Shown here in pieces: positions 60,145-64,000 of a stretch of DNA of 64,000 bases. The position numbers and the translations under genes were made by a program. The DNA lies in NCBI GenBank assembly GCA_963727625.1, contig CAVSHR010000008.1, forward strand, positions 32,001 to 96,000. The letters are read 5' to 3'. The notes under the pieces were generated by a model, which searched no databases, was not told the origin of the DNA, and saw only the letters and a program-made list of their open reading frames with translations. This DNA is from an uncultured delta proteobacterium. Lineage in GTDB: Bacteria > Desulfobacterota > Binatia > UBA9968. Numbering within the stretch: the first letter of the stretch is position 1; every line of letters begins with the position of its first letter.

Positions 60145-60434
60145 GCAACCTCCGATTGAAGGCAGTGTGCGTATCGTAAATCCAGTACAGGCGAAAACAG
60201 CTTCTTGGCTGCCATCGAGAACGCTCTGCAGTGAGCAGCAATCTGACGACCGTCCTGCCAAGTCCTCGCCTTCGCTCTGTGAGCTGCATCATAGAAACCG
60301 GCCGATCCCCTTGAATTGGATTTCCCTTCAATTGTCCCTCACAGGCTGCTGTTCCATGTCATGGCGAATCAAGCATTCGAGAGTTACTTGATTGCTAACC
60401 AAGTGGGCTTTCTGATCACAAGCATTCCAATCGA

Positions 60435-61152
60435 TCATTTGTTCCACACCTCAGCAGTCAGCGGCAGCTCATTGAGTTCAGCACGCGCGTCGCGCCAGGT
60501 GGGGTAATGCTTCTCAAGGAGTTCGATGAAGCGATCGCTGTGCGTCGGCGCCACGCAGATGCACCATTTCGTGCACGATCACGTATTCGAGCAGGTCTTT
60601 CGGCTTCTTCACCAGTTCGGTGTTGAGGCGGATGTGGCCGGCGCGGTGGTTGCAGCTTCCCCACTTGGTTTTCATCCGTTGCAGGAAATAGCCGGTGACT
60701 TTCACTTTCAGCTTCGGCTCCCATTTCTTGATGAGGGCAGGCACGGCTTCATGCAGCAGCGACTTGTGCCAGTCGTGAATGCATCTTGGCGCGCTTGGCC
60801 GCATCGCTGCCGGGGCGCACCGTGAGAGTGATGCGTTTGTGGTCGAGCGAAACGAAAGGCTTGGCGTCCCGGTAAACGACGGTCAGGAGGTGGCGCCGCC
60901 CCCAGAGATAGTGGCTCTCGCGTTCGACGAACTGGCGAGGTGTTTCCCGTGCTTGGCTTCGCAGATTTGTCTGCTGCTCGCGAATCCAGCCCAGCTTGGA
61001 GATCGCATAGGCGCGGGCGACATCTAGACGGGTTGCTGTGGGTGCCGACATTGTCACTCGCCCGTCCGGCGGATGGACAGAGAGGTGGACGTTCTTGATG
61101 TCCTTCCGCGTCACCCGATGGAAAGCTCTCCGAGCTGGATGGTCTCGGTCAT
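60435..61152 (-). pseudogene. M48/YgjP (DUF45) metallopeptidase associated with type I R-M, frameshifted
   Basis: RKDIKNVHLSVHPPDG, MKTKWGSC and EYVIVHEMVH pieces in several frames; TGATG coupling to hsdR. Confidence 0.85.
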
Positions 61153-64000
61153 CAGTAGCCCGGTTGGTTCTTGACGATCTCGAAAATGCGCCAGCGTGGC
61201 CTCGCGGTCGCGATTGAGGAGCGGAAACAGCGCGTTCAGGACCTGCGTCTCGCGCGTGTGGTCGCCCTTCCAGCCGGCAGGCGCCCGCTCGCGCATCAGG
61301 CGGTCGATTTCCAGAGCCAGCTTGACCAGCTCATCTCCGTAGCTGGCGTGCGGCTCGGCCACCCCGCTGGCCACGGTGCGTCCAGCCGCGAGGATCCGCG
61401 GCAGATTGTTGAAGAGCACCGTGGCCTCGCGCTTGCCGTGCAGCGCCGCAGGCACCCCGCCGTCGGGTTGTTTTCGCGCCATGCCGCTTCACCAGCTCCT
61501 CCGCCTTCTTGAGGAACGCCTCATAGGCCGCGGCGTCGGCGCGGCTCTGCTTGATGAGATCATCCAGCAGCTTCGACATCTCCGCGTAAAACCTTGGGTC
61601 GGTGAGCTGGTCGCGGATGATGGTCTTGCGGACGTTGTTGATGATGCCCTCGGCAATCGCGTTGCGCGACAGCTTGCCCTTCTCATTCAGTTTGCGGGCG
61701 ATGGCGTCGTGGATGCCGGTCTCGATGATCAGCTCGGTGAGCGACAGCGAATTGAGGTTGCCCATATCCGCCGCCGGGTCGGCTTGAACGTAGGTGTTGA
61801 GCAGGTGCCGCATGTCGGCCTCGTAGGGCTTGATGTCCAGCTCCTCGCCCGAGTGCTTTTTGATGGCGGCGCGGGTGTCGCTATAGAACTCCACCTCTTT
61901 CTGCAACGCTGCGGTCTCGGCATCGGAGTAACCCGCCTCGGTGAGGTCCTGCGCGATGTCGGCGTAGGCGCGCACGAACGTGGCCACGGCCTTGTAGAAG
62001 GAAATGCGCAGCGGTTCGGTGTCGGCCAGTGCCTGAGGGTCTGCGGCGTCGCCGCAGAAATAAAGAAGATACTGCTCCATCTCACGCGGTGGCGAGCACC
62101 GGCTCGCAGAGATAGCGGAGCGCCTCGCGGGCGGCATCGAGTTGCTTCCGGCCTTCCTTCAGCCAGTCCTTCAGCTCGATGTTGTTGGTGCCGCCGTTGC
62201 CCTCGTCGATGTCCAGCTCGTCGGAGTTATAGACCGCAATGGCTTCCTGCACGTCCTCGAACAGCTTCTTGAAATCGACGATGTGGCCGTAGTCCTTGTC
62301 GTCGCCATCGAGGCGGTTGGTGCGGCAGATGGCTTGGAAGAGGTTGTGATCGTGCAACTCGTTATCGAGGTAGATGTAGGTGCAGCTCGGCGCGTCGAAG
62401 CCGGTCAGGAGCTTGCTCACCACGATCAGGAGCTTGAGTTGGCGGGCTCCTCGATGAAACGGCGCTTGGCTTCGTCCTCGTAGGCTCTTGGTCGTCTGGC
62501 CCCTTCTTCAGGACATGCTTGGTGTAGGTGTCGAACTTGTAGCGTTCGTCGCTGTTGGCCGGTTCGCGGGAAATAGCGTTGTGGTTCGGCTCGTAGGACG
62601 TGATGATCCCGCAGTATGTCCCGAAGGACGTGTTCTGGAACAGCCGGTAGTAGTGGCAAGCGTCGTAGATCGAGTCCGCCACCAAAATTGCCGTGCCCCG
62701 GTCGTTGTTCAGCCGTGGCTTGAGGCTGAAGTCCTCGATGACGCTGGCAATGATGCGCTGCTTGCGCTCGCCCGCGCTCATCAGCTCCTCCATGGTCGCC
62801 CAGCGTTTGCGGAGGACAGCTTTCTGAAAATTGTTCAGCGTCTTGGTCTTTTGCGCGAAGTAATCCTCGATGGCTTTCGGCGAAGTGAGTCGCTGGGGAA
62901 CGTCGCGGGCCTCATATTTCAGGTCGAGAATCACTCCATCTGCCACGCCCTCATGGAACTTGTAGGTGTGGATGTAGGTGCCGAAGATGTCGCGGGTTCT
63001 TAGCTTAACAGCGTCCTTTTTCAACAGCGGCGTGCCGGTGAAGCCGAGGAAAATCGCGTTTTCCAGCCACCGCTTCATTTGCCTGTTCATGTCACCGCCC
63101 TGGGTGCGGTGGCATTCATCCACGAATACGTAGAACCGGCCGTGAACGTGCGGCGGTGGGCCTGTAAGGTCAGCGGGGTCGAACTTGTGGATAAGCGCGC
63201 ACAGCAGCCGGGGCAGAGTGGCTCCCAGTTTGGCGACAAACTCCGCCCGCGACGCGATGCGCGGCGGTGGCGAGTTTTCGCCGATGACTCCGGCATTCTT
63301 CATCACGCCCTCGATCTGTTTGTCGAGCTCGTCGCGGTCGGTAACAACAAGAATGCGGGCCTCGGGGTCGTACTCCAGCAGCCACTTGGCGAGCAGCACC
63401 ATGAGGATGCTCTTGCCGCTGCCCTGCGTGTGCCAGATGACGCCGCCCTCGCGCTTGCGGATGCGTTCCTGCGCTGCCTTCACGCCAGCAAATTGATGCG
63501 GGCGCGGCACTTTCTTGATGCCGTCGTCGAAGATGATGAAGTTGCGAATGAGGTCGAGCAAGCGGGACTTCTCGCACATCTCGGCCAGCGGCCGGTCCAG
63601 CAGGGCGCCAGCGGTGAGCGCGGCGGTATTCGCCGCCTTCCACTCGACGAAGAACTCCTCCCTGGTGGTGACAGTGCCGTAGCGCAGCCCCTGTGAATCG
63701 CTGCCCGCGAAGACGAGCTGCACCGTCGGGAAGAAGCCCTTGTTGAAAATCTCCTCCTGGTTGGTGATGAGCTGGCGCACGCCGTCCGCGATCTCGACCG
63801 AGCTGCGCTTCAGCTCGATGACGCCGATGGCGATGCCATTCAGGTAAAGGACGAGGTCGGGCCGCCGCTCGTAGCCGCCGCGCAAGGTCACTTCCTCGGC
63901 GAGGGCGAAGTCGTTGTTCTCCGGGTGCTCCCAATCCACCAGATGCACCTGATCGTTCGGCTTTCCGGCGGCAATCTGCACCGACACGCCATAGCGCAGC
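61152..64000 (-). pseudogene. hsdR: Type I restriction endonuclease subunit R, 5' end outside window, several frameshifts
   Basis: RPDLVLYLNG...IELK nuclease motif, HTQGSGKS, DECHR, FTGTP, LLTGFDAP and QAICRTNR in successive frames. Confidence 0.92.

Overview
GC-rich bacterial chromosomal window; gene content and style suggest a Deltaproteobacteria-like lineage such as Ca. Binatia (inference only). Bases 1-44.7 kb are mostly core genome: surface glycosyltransferases, an alpha/beta hydrolase, orphan oligopeptide-type ABC ATPases, an M20 amidohydrolase, greA, a six-gene MoxR/DUF58/VWA operon, era-der-ogt-dprA-topA-trmFO-ppx-hup-ilvE, phnDC/phnE split by a cNMP-patatin gene, and nadK-recN. From tRNA-Ala(GGC) (44708-44783) to the window end is a mosaic genomic island: a P4-type tyrosine integrase, a cupin and a VOC gene with decayed attC-like borders, an ECF sigma/anti-sigma pair with three matching promoters, an MFS and a CDF transporter, a PAS-GAF-HD-GYP protein, a CoA-disulfide reductase-rhodanese, and a frameshifted type I R-M hsdR plus M48 peptidase. 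The most unusual feature is how the island is punctuated. Its cargo blocks are separated by short fragments of several different tRNA genes (inverted Ala, at least three different Leu sources, a Lys-like core), some joined to a repeated 90-bp att-arm module. One fragment is a tRNA-Leu(CAA) 5' half carrying a truncated group IC3 intron. The whole 11.4 kb array is bracketed by two copies of the integrase 3' end. In the core region, a small HExxH protein ending in a beta-clamp-binding-like motif (QLSLPF) also stands out. All calls were made by eye from the sequence and ORF track; no database search was run.
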